Positions 39,079 through 50,130 of a stretch of 64,000 nt of DNA are shown piece after piece. Position 1 is the first letter of the stretch; each line of letters starts with the position of its first letter. A model generated the notes under the pieces. It ran no database searches, was not told the origin of the DNA, and was given only the letters and a program-made list of their open reading frames with translations. The position numbers and the translations under genes were made by a program. This stretch comes from Obrimoposthia wandeli (lineage: Eukaryota), in the NCBI GenBank assembly GCA_977020255.1, contig CDROCS010006802.1, forward strand, positions 1-64,000, in the 5' to 3' direction.

Positions 39079-41949
39079 ATGAAAAACTGGAAACTACAAA
39101 ACCGCATCCTTGCCTTGGTATTATTACCCGGTCTTATTGTATCGTTATTTTTAGGCGGTTTTTTCATCATTCAGCGCATGAGCGACCTTGACCTACTATT
39201 GCAAGAACGCGGGCTAGCCATTGCAAAACAAGCAGCGCCAACCAGTGAATACGGGGTTGTCTCTGGCAATAATCAATTATTACAAAATCTAACCAATAAT
39301 TTATTAGAAGAACGCGACCTACGCGCGGCCAGAATTCTTAATAAAGATGGTGAAATTCTCGCGTATGCGGGCCCTAAAATGATTACCAAGTTCATTGGTA
39401 ATACCCAATTCAAAAACGGTCAGTTACAGCTTTCTACAACCAATGGTAGCATTCGTATTAAAGCCCCAATATTCACTCAGAATATTGATCTAATCGAAGG
39501 CATTGCTGAACCGCGCTATCAACAACAAAATATAGATGCAAACTTACTCGGCTGGATTGAAATTGAGCTATCGCTTTCTAATACTCAAATCGCTAAATAC
39601 CAACACCTAGCCACCAGTATTGCGACGGTACTCGCAACGCTTTTTTTATGCTTGATGCTGGCGATTAGAATGAGCCGGAATATATCACTTCCCATTCAAG
39701 ATATGGTGGACTGCGTCGGGGCGATCAGTGATGGAAAAATTGATTCACGAGTTCATGTTAATAGTGGCGATGAATTTCAAACATTAGCCGCAGGCATCAA
39801 TGCTATGGCAATTGCCATTCAGCGCACGAAAACAGAACACCAGCAAAATATCGAACAAGCTACCCACGATATTCGAGAAACATTGGATAATATTGAAATC
39901 CAGAATATTGAATTAAACATCGCCCGCAAAGAAGCATTAGAGGTCAGCCGAATAAAATCGGAGTTCTTAACCAATATCAGCCATGAAATTCGCACACCAC
40001 TAAATGGCATTTTAGGCTTCACTCGTATCTTATTAAAAGATCAAAGTGATCAGAGAAAAACCGACCATCTCAATACCATTGAAAAATCCGCTAATGGTTT
40101 ACTGACAATTATTAATGATATTCTGGATTTATCAAAAATTGATGCCGGTAAACTGGTCTTAGAAAACATTGATTTTAATGTACGTGAAATACTAGAAGAT
40201 GTATTAACCATCAATGCCCCAGAAGCCCATAAAAAATCTCTCGAACTCGTGAGCCTTATTTATTCCGAAGTCCCTCAATTTTTAACCGGTGACCCATTAC
40301 GAATAAAACAAGTACTGACGAATTTAATTTCCAATGCCATCAAGTTTACTCCGCAAGGAAATATTACCGTACGGGTTCAAATTGAAGATGAAGATATTAA
40401 TCAAGCCAGTGTGAAATTTGAGATTACCGATACCGGCATCGGTTTAAACGATGAGCAACAAAACAAACTCTTCCGCGCCTTTAGCCAAGCCGATTCCAGT
40501 ACAACACGTCAATTTGGCGGCACAGGTTTAGGCCTAGTCATCAGCCAGCATTTAGTGAAAGCGATGAAAGGTGATATTGGCGTACAAAGCGCAGAAGGCG
40601 AAGGCGCTACCTTCTCTTTTTCGGTGACTTTGAAGAAGTCTCGCCAAGAAGGGCTATCGATGCAAGAGCTAAAAGGTCAGCAAGTACTGATTATGGAATC
40701 GTCGTCTAGTACTCGTCTCAGCATCACCCACTTATTAGAACAATGGCATGTTCGCTACAGTGATACCGATAATAGCGATATTTTACTGCAATCACTGTTG
40801 CGTAAGCATCGCAATGGCGACCCTGCCCATGCGGTCATTATTGGCCTGAGTCGTAAAGAGTTGTACCACGCTAATACGGCCAAATTATTTAAACAAGTGA
40901 ACAGCTATAACATTCCTATCATTGCCTTGGTCAACAGTGCTATTTCAGAAGAGCTGGAATATGCTCAAACACTTGGAGCTTACCAATGTTTATCTAAGCC
41001 TTTGCAAAGTAAAAAATTATTTGCATCGCTCTGCTTGAGTTTAGATATTGAATTAAACCCAGCGAATAGTAATAACCAAAATCGCATTCAAATGCCAGCA
41101 CCAACAATCTTGGCCGTTGATGATAACGAAGCTAACCTCAAACTGGTTACCGTATTATTAGAAGACATGGGAATTAAAGTGATTGCCGCGGACTCTGGTC
41201 CACAAGCACTGCTAGAACTTGAACAACATAAGATCGACATGATTTTTATGGATATCCAAATGCCAGGCATGAACGGATTAGAAGCGACACAATTAATTCG
41301 TCTGAAGAAAACGTCGAAAGAACTGCCCATTATCGCACTCACCGCTCATGCTATTGCCGATGAAAAAGATAAGATCTTACAAGTAGGCATGAACGATTAT
41401 CAGACTAAGCCGATCAATAATGATCAATTAATGCAGTGTATTGAGCGCTGGACAGGCTTTCATTGCAGCAGCAATACCAACGTTATTTTACCAGAAAAAA
41501 TCCAACCTTATGCACAGCGAATTTTAAGCGATGATACGACGAGTGCAGACCTAAGCGACGAAGATAAACAAAAAGATTGCCTTATCTTTGATCCACAATA
41601 CGCAATGCGTTTAGCCAATAATAAACTCGACCTCGCCATTGATATGTTTAACATGCTACTCGAAGGCTTAACTAACGACCTGCCTGAAATACAAGGGTTA
41701 TGGCAAGGACAGCAGCAAGAACCCTTGTTACAACAGATCCATAAAATTCACGGCGCGACGCGTTATTGTGGCACTCCTTGTTTAATGCATACGCTAGAAC
41801 AACTGGAAACCGGGCTAAAGAATCAAGAACTGGTGGATTGCGAAAGCCTCTATCAAAAGGCCATTGAATCGATTATTCGCTTACAGCAATGGGCGCAAGA
41901 GAATCAATGGCGCAATACCTTAGAGCTAGCAAAAAAAGAACTGGCTTAG
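39079..41949 (+). CDS. gacS: Hybrid sensor histidine kinase GacS/BarA
   Basis: Two TMs, HAMP, SHEIRTPLNG, HATPase (DTGIG, GGTGLGL), REC (FMDIQMP), HPt (HKIHGATRYCG); divergent from cysM as in pseudomonads. Confidence 0.92.
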   Translation: MKNWKLQNRILALVLLPGLIVSLFLGGFFIIQRMSDLDLLLQERGLAIAKQAAPTSEYGVVSGNNQLLQNLTNNLLEERDLRAARILNKDGEILAYAGPKMITKFIGNTQFKNGQLQLSTTNGSIRIKAPIFTQNIDLIEGIAEPRYQQQNIDANLLGWIEIELSLSNTQIAKYQHLATSIATVLATLFLCLMLAIRMSRNISLPIQDMVDCVGAISDGKIDSRVHVNSGDEFQTLAAGINAMAIAIQRTKTEHQQNIEQATHDIRETLDNIEIQNIELNIARKEALEVSRIKSEFLTNISHEIRTPLNGILGFTRILLKDQSDQRKTDHLNTIEKSANGLLTIINDILDLSKIDAGKLVLENIDFNVREILEDVLTINAPEAHKKSLELVSLIYSEVPQFLTGDPLRIKQVLTNLISNAIKFTPQGNITVRVQIEDEDINQASVKFEITDTGIGLNDEQQNKLFRAFSQADSSTTRQFGGTGLGLVISQHLVKAMKGDIGVQSAEGEGATFSFSVTLKKSRQEGLSMQELKGQQVLIMESSSSTRLSITHLLEQWHVRYSDTDNSDILLQSLLRKHRNGDPAHAVIIGLSRKELYHANTAKLFKQVNSYNIPIIALVNSAISEELEYAQTLGAYQCLSKPLQSKKLFASLCLSLDIELNPANSNNQNRIQMPAPTILAVDDNEANLKLVTVLLEDMGIKVIAADSGPQALLELEQHKIDMIFMDIQMPGMNGLEATQLIRLKKTSKELPIIALTAHAIADEKDKILQVGMNDYQTKPINNDQLMQCIERWTGFHCSSNTNVILPEKIQPYAQRILSDDTTSADLSDEDKQKDCLIFDPQYAMRLANNKLDLAIDMFNMLLEGLTNDLPEIQGLWQGQQQEPLLQQIHKIHGATRYCGTPCLMHTLEQLETGLKNQELVDCESLYQKAIESIIRLQQWAQENQWRNTLELAKKELA

Positions 41950-42026
41950 TACTGACTTAGTACTGGCGGTTCATTTCAATAATGAGCGCCAACAAAAACA
42001 CATACCCGAACTTCTTCAGTAATACC

Positions 42027-42416
42027 TCAACTCAGCACAGCGAAGGCGAGAATCATCTCGCCTTCATCACTTAAGCTGAGCAAAACTTGCTGCCCACCCA
42101 AAGCCTTAACTCTGCTTAAGGCTTCACCTGAAAGCTCAACAACAGGTTTACCCAAGTCATCAGCATAAATATTCATTTGCTGAAAACTAACGCCTTTAGC
42201 AATACCGGTACCGAGTGCTTTCGAGATAGCCTCTTTAGCGGCAAAACGCTTAGCCAAAAAGTTTACGCTATACGCTTTCTCGGCCCACAATAATAATTCT
42301 TGTGGGGTTAGAATTCTTTGCGCAAACCGTTCACCTTGCTTTTCCATAACTCGGGCAATACGGCGCTGATCTAATAGATCTGTACCGATGCCCTTAGGTA
42401 CTAATTCATTAATCAC
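42027..42416 (-). CDS. acpS: Holo-ACP synthase
   Basis: [30 protein letters not shown]. Confidence 0.95.
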   Translation of the reverse strand: MINELVPKGIGTDLLDQRRIARVMEKQGERFAQRILTPQELLLWAEKAYSVNFLAKRFAAKEAISKALGTGIAKGVSFQQMNIYADDLGKPVVELSGEALSRVKALGGQQVLLSLSDEGEMILAFAVLS

Positions 42417-43161
42417 TAGGCTGAGCCAAGCGAATCAATTCACGCATTTCTTTAACGGCTTCTTTAAGACCAACAAAAACAGCACGGGCAATAATACTAT
42501 GCCCAATATTTAATTCATTAATACCTGGGATGGCGGCAATGGCTTCGACATTATGATAATGCAAACCGTGGCCAGCATTTACGATCAAGCCTTGCTCAAG
42601 CGCATAGGCAATGCCGTCTTTTAATATCGCTAATTCTGCGGCTTGCTGCTGAGCTGTTGCAGCGTCGGCATAAGCACCGGTATGAATTTCTATCGCAGGA
42701 GCACCACAGCGCACTGCCGCATCAATTTGGGCCTTATCGGCATCAATAAATAACGAGGCTTCGCTATTAATTGCTGCTAAGCGATCACACGCGGCTTTAA
42801 TAGCGGCTTCGTTACCAATCACATCAAGGCCACCTTCGGTGGTTAATTCTTCACGTTTTTCGGGAACTAAGCAGCAATGCTCTGGCTCAATTTCTTCCGC
42901 CAACTCAAGCATGGCTTCTGTTACGGCCATTTCAAGATTCATGCGGGTAGTTAACACTTCTTTTAATACATACACATCGCGAGTCTGTATGTGACGTCGG
43001 TCTTCGCGCGGGTGAATGGTAATACCATCAGCACCAGCCTCTTCTGCGACCAAAGCCGCTTGTACAGGATCAGGATAACGAGTTCCACGCGCTTGGCGCA
43101 ACGTTGCCACATGATCAATATTTACCCCTAATAAAACTCGTGCTTTTGCCACAATCATCAC
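42409..43161 (-). CDS. pdxJ: Pyridoxine 5'-phosphate synthase
   Basis: [37 protein letters not shown]. Confidence 0.98.
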   Translation of the reverse strand: MMIVAKARVLLGVNIDHVATLRQARGTRYPDPVQAALVAEEAGADGITIHPREDRRHIQTRDVYVLKEVLTTRMNLEMAVTEAMLELAEEIEPEHCCLVPEKREELTTEGGLDVIGNEAAIKAACDRLAAINSEASLFIDADKAQIDAAVRCGAPAIEIHTGAYADAATAQQQAAELAILKDGIAYALEQGLIVNAGHGLHYHNVEAIAAIPGINELNIGHSIIARAVFVGLKEAVKEMRELIRLAQPSD

Positions 43162-43203
43162 CCTATTTATATTGAAGTGTTTATCTATAAAAAATTGTCT
43201 GGT

Positions 43204-44031
43204 TTAAATCTTTTTAAACAACTCTCGACTGGCAAGAGGTTTATCCCCCAACAAGGGATTTAACGCCAGCCTAGCAATATGCTTTGCAACTTGCCAACTT
43301 AACTCATGCTGCCAATCTTCTGCTGCGATGGCTAAAATTGCATCACCAGGAAAACCTTGCGGTTTTACTGCACCATAAGCTTGCGCAGTGATTAGATTGA
43401 ACCCTGAAGAGGGATCAAAACTATAACGCTGGTCAGCCTGAATATCTCTGCACTCACTGTCTTGCTGCCAATTGTATTGATATCCCATAACCGCTAATAA
43501 ATGAAATTCAAAGCGCCTTAATAATGGCTCTGATTGCATATCATTTTCAAGCTGCAACAGGCCCTGCAAGGTTTGCTGATAGACTTGATAAAGTTCTGCT
43601 TGCGGCTCATCTTTCCAGCTTAATCGTATGATCAACTCATTCAAATAAAAACCACAATACAAGTTTCTACCTTTTAAAGATCGCCCTTTTATCGACGGCT
43701 CACTTATTAAGGGCTCACTTATTAAAGGCTCGCTGATTAACGATTTACTTATAGATAACCCGTCTGCTGACGGACTATTACCTAGCGAAGAACTGAGCGA
43801 ATAAACAGAAGGATAAACAATTTCGACATGCTGACAATATTTTAAATCACCACGACCGGAGAATTGCATTTGATAAGGAGTGAAGGGCTGTAAAGCAGGA
43901 TTTTTTTTATTAACGCGGTGCAGTGCTGAAAAACGTCCTTGTTTTTCACAGAATAAATCAACAATCTGACTGTTTTCTCTATACGGGCGTCGATGCAAAA
44001 CATAATAAGTGAGGTTCAAACTATTTTGCAC
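43204..44031 (-). CDS. recO: DNA repair protein RecO with a low-complexity insert
   Basis: YVLHRRPYRENS, LYCGFYLNEL, LRRFE, PLASRELF; Ser-rich insert in the N-terminal part. Confidence 0.93.
   Translation of the reverse strand: MQNSLNLTYYVLHRRPYRENSQIVDLFCEKQGRFSALHRVNKKNPALQPFTPYQMQFSGRGDLKYCQHVEIVYPSVYSLSSSLGNSPSADGLSISKSLISEPLISEPLISEPSIKGRSLKGRNLYCGFYLNELIIRLSWKDEPQAELYQVYQQTLQGLLQLENDMQSEPLLRRFEFHLLAVMGYQYNWQQDSECRDIQADQRYSFDPSSGFNLITAQAYGAVKPQGFPGDAILAIAAEDWQHELSWQVAKHIARLALNPLLGDKPLASRELFKKI
43697..43756. repeat. 15-bp tandem repeat (3-4 units) inside recO
   Basis: GGCTCACTTATTAAG / GGCTCACTTATTAAA / GGCTCGCTGATTAAC / GATTTACTTATAGAT, encoding (L)ISEP repeats. Confidence 0.9.
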
Positions 44032-44082
44032 TGCTACGACCCGTATGCGTCACATTGAATGACTGTCTATTAATGAAACCTA

Positions 44083-44988
44083 TTAATCTAAGCCGTCGTA
44101 GCCAAGGCTCTTCAGTGCTCGTTCGCTATCAGCCCAACCGGATTTTACTTTCACCCAAGTATTAAGCATCACTTTGCACTCGAACATTTCTTCCATATCC
44201 AAACGGGCATCACGGCCGATTTGCTTCAGTCGGCTGCCTTTCTCACCAATAATGATGTGTTTTTGGCTTTGACGATCGATCAAGATGGCTGCACTAATAA
44301 CCAACAGGCTATCTTCGTAGCGAAACTCTTCAATTTCTACAGTCATAGAGTAGGGTAATTCATCACCCAGCTGGCGCATAATTTTTTCACGCACAAGCTC
44401 AGCGGCTAAAAACCGAGAGCTGCGATCGGTGATCTGATCTTCAGGAAAAAGATGAACACCTTGCGAAATAAAACTTGTAATAATGCTTTCTAAACGATCA
44501 ACGTTATGACCTGTTTTAGCACTCATCGGAACGATATGAGCAAAGTTACCCTTAGCATCCAACTTCTGCAATGTAGGTAATAAAGCTTCTTTATCAGCTA
44601 AAAAATCAACTTTATTGACCGCTAAAATAACCGGGCACTTAACGTATTGTAAAGATTTTAACACCAGCTCATCTTCACTGGTCCACTTCGTACGGTCGAT
44701 CATAAACACAATAACATCGACGTCTTTAACCGCACTTTGTGCCGCCTTATTCATGTAGCGGTTCAGTGCTTTATCATGATTTTCATGCATACCAGGAGTA
44801 TCAACGTACACTACTTGCACATCATTTTCGGTTTTGATACCCATGATTTTATGACGCGTCGTTTGCGGCTTACGCGAGGTAATACTCAGCTTTTGACCCA
44901 AGATAAAGTTCAATAAGGTCGATTTACCGACGTTTGGGCGACCAATAATGGCGACATAACCTGAACGTTCTGCTGTTTCGTTTTCCAT
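44083..44988 (-). CDS. era: GTPase Era
   Basis: [27 protein letters not shown] domain. Confidence 0.98.
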   Translation of the reverse strand: MENETAERSGYVAIIGRPNVGKSTLLNFILGQKLSITSRKPQTTRHKIMGIKTENDVQVVYVDTPGMHENHDKALNRYMNKAAQSAVKDVDVIVFMIDRTKWTSEDELVLKSLQYVKCPVILAVNKVDFLADKEALLPTLQKLDAKGNFAHIVPMSAKTGHNVDRLESIITSFISQGVHLFPEDQITDRSSRFLAAELVREKIMRQLGDELPYSMTVEIEEFRYEDSLLVISAAILIDRQSQKHIIIGEKGSRLKQIGRDARLDMEEMFECKVMLNTWVKVKSGWADSERALKSLGYDGLD

Positions 44989-44993
44989 AAAAT

Positions 44994-45689
44994 CTATTCC
45001 TCACCGGGCTTAAGGCTGATGCCTAAAAATTTCAAAGCTTGTGCCGCTGCTTCTTGCTCGGCGATACGTCGACTGCCACCTTGCCCGACAATGGTTTTTT
45101 CTAAATCTTTAACTTCACAGCTCACTTTAAACAACTGTTCATGAGCACTGCCTTCAATATTTAATACATCGTATTTAGGCAAAGGAGCCTGCTTACCTTG
45201 TAAAAATTCTTGCAGCTGGGTTTTAGGATCTTTTAATGGATCATCTAGACTCAACGCTTTTAAACGGGAATCATACCACTGCAAAATTTTGCTTTTAACG
45301 GTATCCATATCAGAATCAAGATAAATAGCGCCGATAATCGCTTCAACCGTATCGGCTAAAATAGATTCTCGACGATGACCACCACTTTTCATCTCACCCG
45401 AGCCTAGGTGCAAAAAATCACCCAAACCAAAGTGGCGTGCCAACTCAGCAAGGGTAACCCCTTTAACCATACGAGCACGCAGGCGACTTAGCTTGCCTTC
45501 CTTTGCGGCTGGAAATTTAACAAACAGCGCCTCGGCAATCACTAGATTAACAATCGAGTCACCTAAGAATTCGAGACGCTCATTATTTTTACCACCACAG
45601 CTACGATGTGTTAATGCCAACTCAATTAATGAGTCATCACTGAAGGTGTAGTCAATTCGCTGACTAAGCTTTAATAAAGGATTATTCAC
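44994..45689 (-). CDS. rnc: Ribonuclease III
   Basis: [16 protein letters not shown], dsRBD (DPKTQLQE). Confidence 0.98.
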   Translation of the reverse strand: MNNPLLKLSQRIDYTFSDDSLIELALTHRSCGGKNNERLEFLGDSIVNLVIAEALFVKFPAAKEGKLSRLRARMVKGVTLAELARHFGLGDFLHLGSGEMKSGGHRRESILADTVEAIIGAIYLDSDMDTVKSKILQWYDSRLKALSLDDPLKDPKTQLQEFLQGKQAPLPKYDVLNIEGSAHEQLFKVSCEVKDLEKTIVGQGGSRRIAEQEAAAQALKFLGISLKPGEE

Positions 45690-45692
45690 GGC

Positions 45693-46061
45693 TTAGTAAC
45701 TGTACTCGTGATTGAAAGTTAAGACGATATCAACATTAGACATCACATGATCACGACGTTCATAAGGCCAGACCAACGTGATCTCACCTTTATGCTTTGT
45801 AATAACCAATTGATCGAGGGGAATGCGTAATCGATTTATATTTAAACGACTATCCAATAACTTGCGCACGTCTTTAACACTGGTTTCACGATTAATCACT
45901 TCAGGTAAGTCGTCTAAAATAGTAACTAAAAGTCGATCATCCCAATGCATACCGAAAATACGCACGACGAAGTTGAGTGAAAAAACTAACAGTACTAAAA
46001 AAGCCATTATTGATATAAAAGATATACCCGTTTGCTTAGTTCGATAATTGTGTTGTAACAT
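45693..46061 (-). CDS. DUF4845 family membrane protein
   Basis: Prepilin-like KQTG-IS followed by a TM; immediately upstream of rnc as in pseudomonads. Confidence 0.8.
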   Translation of the reverse strand: MLQHNYRTKQTGISFISIMAFLVLLVFSLNFVVRIFGMHWDDRLLVTILDDLPEVINRETSVKDVRKLLDSRLNINRLRIPLDQLVITKHKGEITLVWPYERRDHVMSNVDIVLTFNHEYSY

Positions 46062-46063
46062 AA

Positions 46064-47863
46064 TTAGTCATCCACCTTGAGCACAGCTAAGAAAGCAGAC
46101 TGTGGAATTTCCACATTACCAATCTGCTTCATACGCTTTTTACCGTCTTTCTGTTTCTGTAATAGCTTCTTCTTACGGCTAATATCACCGCCATAACATT
46201 TAGCGGTTACGTTCTTACGCATCGCTTTAATGTTAGTACGCGCAACAACCTGTGCACCCATCGCGGCTTGAATCGCCACATCAAACATCTGACGCGGAAT
46301 AAGCTCTTTCATTTTATCCGTTAATGCGCGGCCACGGCTGCGAACATTATCGGTATGCAAAATAACCGCTAACGCATCAACGCGCTCGCCATTAATAAGA
46401 ATATCCAAACGCGTTAATGACGCAGGAGAGAAGTGACTAAAACTGTAATCGAGTGACGCAAAACCACGACTTACTGATTTTAAGCGATCGAAGAAATCCA
46501 TAACGACTTCAGCCATAGGAATTTGATACGTTAAGGAAACTTGATTCCCTACGTATTGCATATCTTTTTGCATGCCTCGTCGACCAACACACAAAGAAAT
46601 AACATTTCCTAAATACTCTTGCGGAACGAGAATACTGACATCAGCAATCGGCTCATGCATTTCCTCAATCGTGCCAGGATCAGGCAGCTTTGACGGGTTA
46701 TCGATCTCGAAAGTTTCCCCTTTACGGTTCACTACTTGATAAATAACGGTTGGCGCTGTGGTGATCAAATCAAGATTGTATTCACGCTCTAAGCGTTCTT
46801 GAATAATTTCCATGTGCAGCATGCCTAAGAAGCCACAACGGAAACCAAAACCTAAAGCGTCTGAGCTTTCAGGTTCAAAGAATAACGACGCATCGTTCAA
46901 CGATAATTTATCAAGAGCATCACGGAAGTTTTCAAAGTCATCCGAACTGATCGGAAATAGACCCGCATAAACTTGCGGTTTAACTTTTTGGAAACCAGGA
47001 AGTCGCTCAACCGTTGGCGTTTTAGTATGGGTGATTGTATCCCCCACTGGCGCGCCATGAATGTCTTTAATGCCAGCGACCACATAACCTACTTCACCCG
47101 CGCTTAAAACACCGGTTGGAGTACGCTTAGGTGTGAAGATACCAACGCCATCGGCACCATGATCACGAGAAGTCGATAGCATGCGAATTTTATCGCCTTT
47201 GCGTAACGTACCGTTCTTGATTCGCACTAATGATACAACCCCTAGATAGGAGTCAAACCAAGAGTCAATAATTAGAGCTTGCAGTGGGCCATCAGGATCG
47301 CCTTCAGGAGGTGGAATTAATTTAATAATTTCTTCCAGTACGCCTTCGACATTTAAACCACTTTTAGCAGAGCAACGAACAGCTTCTGATGCATCAATGC
47401 CAATAATCTCTTCAATCTCTGCGGCAACACGATCTGGGTCTGCCTGCGGCAAATCCATTTTGTTGAGTACAGGGACAACTTCTAGACCCTGTTCAATCGC
47501 GGTATAGCAGTTAGCAACCGATTGAGCTTCAACACCTTGAGCGGCATCCACTACTAACAGCGCGCCTTCACAAGCCGCTAAAGATCGCGAAACTTCATAG
47601 CTGAAATCCACGTGGCCTGGGGTATCAATAAAGTTGAGCTGGTAAGTTTGACCATCTAACGATTTATAATCCAAGGTAACGCTTTGCGCTTTAATGGTAA
47701 TGCCACGCTCACGTTCGATATCCATGGAATCGAGTACCTGAGCCTGCATTTCACGCGCAGACAAGCCTTCACAATGCTGAATAAAACGGTCAGCTAGAGT
47801 GGATTTACCATGATCAATATGGGCAATAATAGAAAAGTTACGAATATGGTTAAGCTTACTCAC
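46064..47863 (-). CDS. lepA: Translation elongation factor 4 (LepA)
   Basis: [45 protein letters not shown] start at 47863 gives 599 aa. Confidence 0.98.
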   Translation of the reverse strand: MSKLNHIRNFSIIAHIDHGKSTLADRFIQHCEGLSAREMQAQVLDSMDIERERGITIKAQSVTLDYKSLDGQTYQLNFIDTPGHVDFSYEVSRSLAACEGALLVVDAAQGVEAQSVANCYTAIEQGLEVVPVLNKMDLPQADPDRVAAEIEEIIGIDASEAVRCSAKSGLNVEGVLEEIIKLIPPPEGDPDGPLQALIIDSWFDSYLGVVSLVRIKNGTLRKGDKIRMLSTSRDHGADGVGIFTPKRTPTGVLSAGEVGYVVAGIKDIHGAPVGDTITHTKTPTVERLPGFQKVKPQVYAGLFPISSDDFENFRDALDKLSLNDASLFFEPESSDALGFGFRCGFLGMLHMEIIQERLEREYNLDLITTAPTVIYQVVNRKGETFEIDNPSKLPDPGTIEEMHEPIADVSILVPQEYLGNVISLCVGRRGMQKDMQYVGNQVSLTYQIPMAEVVMDFFDRLKSVSRGFASLDYSFSHFSPASLTRLDILINGERVDALAVILHTDNVRSRGRALTDKMKELIPRQMFDVAIQAAMGAQVVARTNIKAMRKNVTAKCYGGDISRKKKLLQKQKDGKKRMKQIGNVEIPQSAFLAVLKVDD

Positions 47864-47921
47864 CAAAGAACACCTGTCACAGACAACGTTTAAATAGCGC
47901 AGGAGTCTACTAGAAGTAGGC

Positions 47922-47957
47922 ATATAAGGCTATGAAGATCGTTCTATAGCCTTATAT
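47922..47957. terminator. 12-bp stem hairpin between mucD and lepA
   Basis: ATATAAGGCTAT-12 nt-ATAGCCTTATAT. Confidence 0.5.
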
Positions 47958-48002
47958 TTTCTACCATGCAAACAGTATTACCTGACTTATTTGACGATAT
48001 TA

Positions 48003-49466
48003 TCAATCAGCCAAACGTAGAGGAATAAACATAGCCGCGCCACGACGCACTATTTGCATAGGAACCGAACGGCCGTTTGGTAGAGATTTAACAATACGAT
48101 CAAAGTCAGCAACCGAGTGAATACGCTCGCCATAAATCATAGAAATCACATCCCCCGTGACAACACCAGACATTGCCCCTGATCGTCCGTTCATAACCTG
48201 CTGCACCACAACACCATTACCATAAGAACGCTGCTGCTTTGCGCTTAACTCACTCACAACAATGCCTAAACGGTTCTGTTGATAGTCTGGGTTGGAATTT
48301 AATTGCCCCAACTGCGGTGAATCGCCATCGGGTAATGCCCCAATTTCAAGGTTGATCACTTTTGTTTTACCGTTGCGAACAATATTCAGCTTCGCCTTAG
48401 AGCCAGGCTTTACCCTTCCTACTCTGTGCGGTAGATCGGTTGATAAATTAATTTCTTGGCCATTAAACGCCGTAATAATGTCGCCACTGAGTAACCCACC
48501 CGCCTCTGCTGGACTGCCGGGTACAAGCTGAGCCACCAAGGCACCTTTCGCCTGTTTCAGACCAAAGGATTCTGCTAAATCTTTATTCACTTCCTGAATA
48601 ACAACCCCTAACCAGCCACGACTCACCTTGCCTTTATCTTTTAACTGCTCAACAACATTAATCGCGACACTGATTGGGATCGCAAAAGAGACCCCCATAA
48701 AACCGCCTGAGCGCGTATAAATTTGTGAATTTATACCGATTACTTCACCCTTAAGATTGAACAAAGGGCCACCTGAGTTACCAGGATTAATCGCGACATC
48801 CGTTTGAATAAACGGCACATAACTTTCATTAGGAAGACTGCGTCCCAAGGCACTGACAATGCCAGCAGTGACTGAGTAATCAAAACCAAAAGGAGAGCCT
48901 ATCGCGAGCACCCATTCACCCACTTTTAGCGTATCTGAATTACCCAACTCAACTTCAGGCAAACCCGTCGCTTTGACTTTCAATAACGCCAAATCAGCGC
49001 GTTCATCAGCGCCGATAAGCTGCGCGTCCAGCTCACGCCTATCACTGAGGCGAACAATAATTTCATCCGCTCCTTGCACCACGTGATTATTGGTTAAAAT
49101 ATAGCCATCTGATGAAATGATAAAACCAGAACCTAAAGACGATTTCTCTGACTGTTGATCAGGCGCTTGGCCGTACCCTTGACCACGTCCTTGATTAGGC
49201 CCTTGAGGACCAAAAAAGTGACGAAAGATATCAGGCATATCTTTCGGTAAATTATATTGTTCTGCTAAGCCATCGTAGGCTTTACCGTATTTATTGCCGT
49301 ATTGTATGGTGGCAATATTGACTACCGAGGGAGATGCCTCTTGTACCAGCTCAGTAAAGTCAGGCAGTGAAGAGGCTTGACTAAACACACTAAAAAAACT
49401 CAAACAAAATAATAAAGTAATGGAAATAGGTGACATAATTTTATATTGGGTAGTTAATTTCATCAT
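48003..49466 (-). CDS. mucD: DegP/MucD-family periplasmic serine protease
   Basis: Signal peptide, TNNHV, AINPGNSGGPL, two PDZ domains; follows rseC. Confidence 0.9.
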   Translation of the reverse strand: MMKLTTQYKIMSPISITLLFCLSFFSVFSQASSLPDFTELVQEASPSVVNIATIQYGNKYGKAYDGLAEQYNLPKDMPDIFRHFFGPQGPNQGRGQGYGQAPDQQSEKSSLGSGFIISSDGYILTNNHVVQGADEIIVRLSDRRELDAQLIGADERADLALLKVKATGLPEVELGNSDTLKVGEWVLAIGSPFGFDYSVTAGIVSALGRSLPNESYVPFIQTDVAINPGNSGGPLFNLKGEVIGINSQIYTRSGGFMGVSFAIPISVAINVVEQLKDKGKVSRGWLGVVIQEVNKDLAESFGLKQAKGALVAQLVPGSPAEAGGLLSGDIITAFNGQEINLSTDLPHRVGRVKPGSKAKLNIVRNGKTKVINLEIGALPDGDSPQLGQLNSNPDYQQNRLGIVVSELSAKQQRSYGNGVVVQQVMNGRSGAMSGVVTGDVISMIYGERIHSVADFDRIVKSLPNGRSVPMQIVRRGAAMFIPLRLAD

Positions 49467-49560
49467 TTTTAAGGATGCTCCTTTTTATGCGATTTACGAT
49501 TAGATGTTTTCTAGTCACTGATAACGATCGACCGTTATTTACCGACGATTTAAATTGCGT

Positions 49561-50049
49561 TTATTTTAGACTTTGTATGATGTTATCAGTATTGAGAATG
49601 GCTGCCGGCGGAAAACAATGCCGAATAAAATGAGGCTGCCAGTGTTGTTTATTTTGCAGCGACCAATACTGAGCTAACTTAAAACCTATCAGCATCGACA
49701 AGACCGACATTAGAATCGAACCTATTTCGCCCCCAACGGCATGACCCATAATGGCGCCTAGTACTAACGCGATTAAAGGCAACCCATAAAGCACAACCGT
49801 ACTGCGCAGAATAGCCCCTTCTGGTAATCCCACCACGACTTGCTGACCGATACTTAAAGGCACTGAGCTTGCACTATCGGGCAAATCAGATAACGGCAAC
49901 CACAAAGAGACTTTGCGTCCCAGCTGACTCATGGCATGTTGACCGCAACCCGCTTTAGCGCTGCAACTACCACAAGCACTTTGCTGCATACCTTCAACCC
50001 AAGCACCGCCTTGGTCTATTGAGGTAATTATCACCTGTTCTTCAATCAT
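49561..50049 (-). CDS. rseC: RseC/MucC family protein
   Basis: MIEE, SACGSCSAKAGCG, two TMs. Confidence 0.92.
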   Translation of the reverse strand: MIEEQVIITSIDQGGAWVEGMQQSACGSCSAKAGCGQHAMSQLGRKVSLWLPLSDLPDSASSVPLSIGQQVVVGLPEGAILRSTVVLYGLPLIALVLGAIMGHAVGGEIGSILMSVLSMLIGFKLAQYWSLQNKQHWQPHFIRHCFPPAAILNTDNIIQSLK

Positions 50050-50130
50050 CTACTTGCTCTTCAATCATATTGTTACGCTCTTTACATCACGACCTACGTG
50101 AGAAAAGAGTATATCCGATTTAAGCTCAGA

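Noticed and set aside
47864-47923. N-terminal extensions in the track ORFs of lepA (also iscS, tsaB, sdhE, rpoE, slyX, yfgM)
   Set aside because: Downstream starts match family N-termini and often have better ribosome-binding sites; the extensions come from longest-ORF calling.
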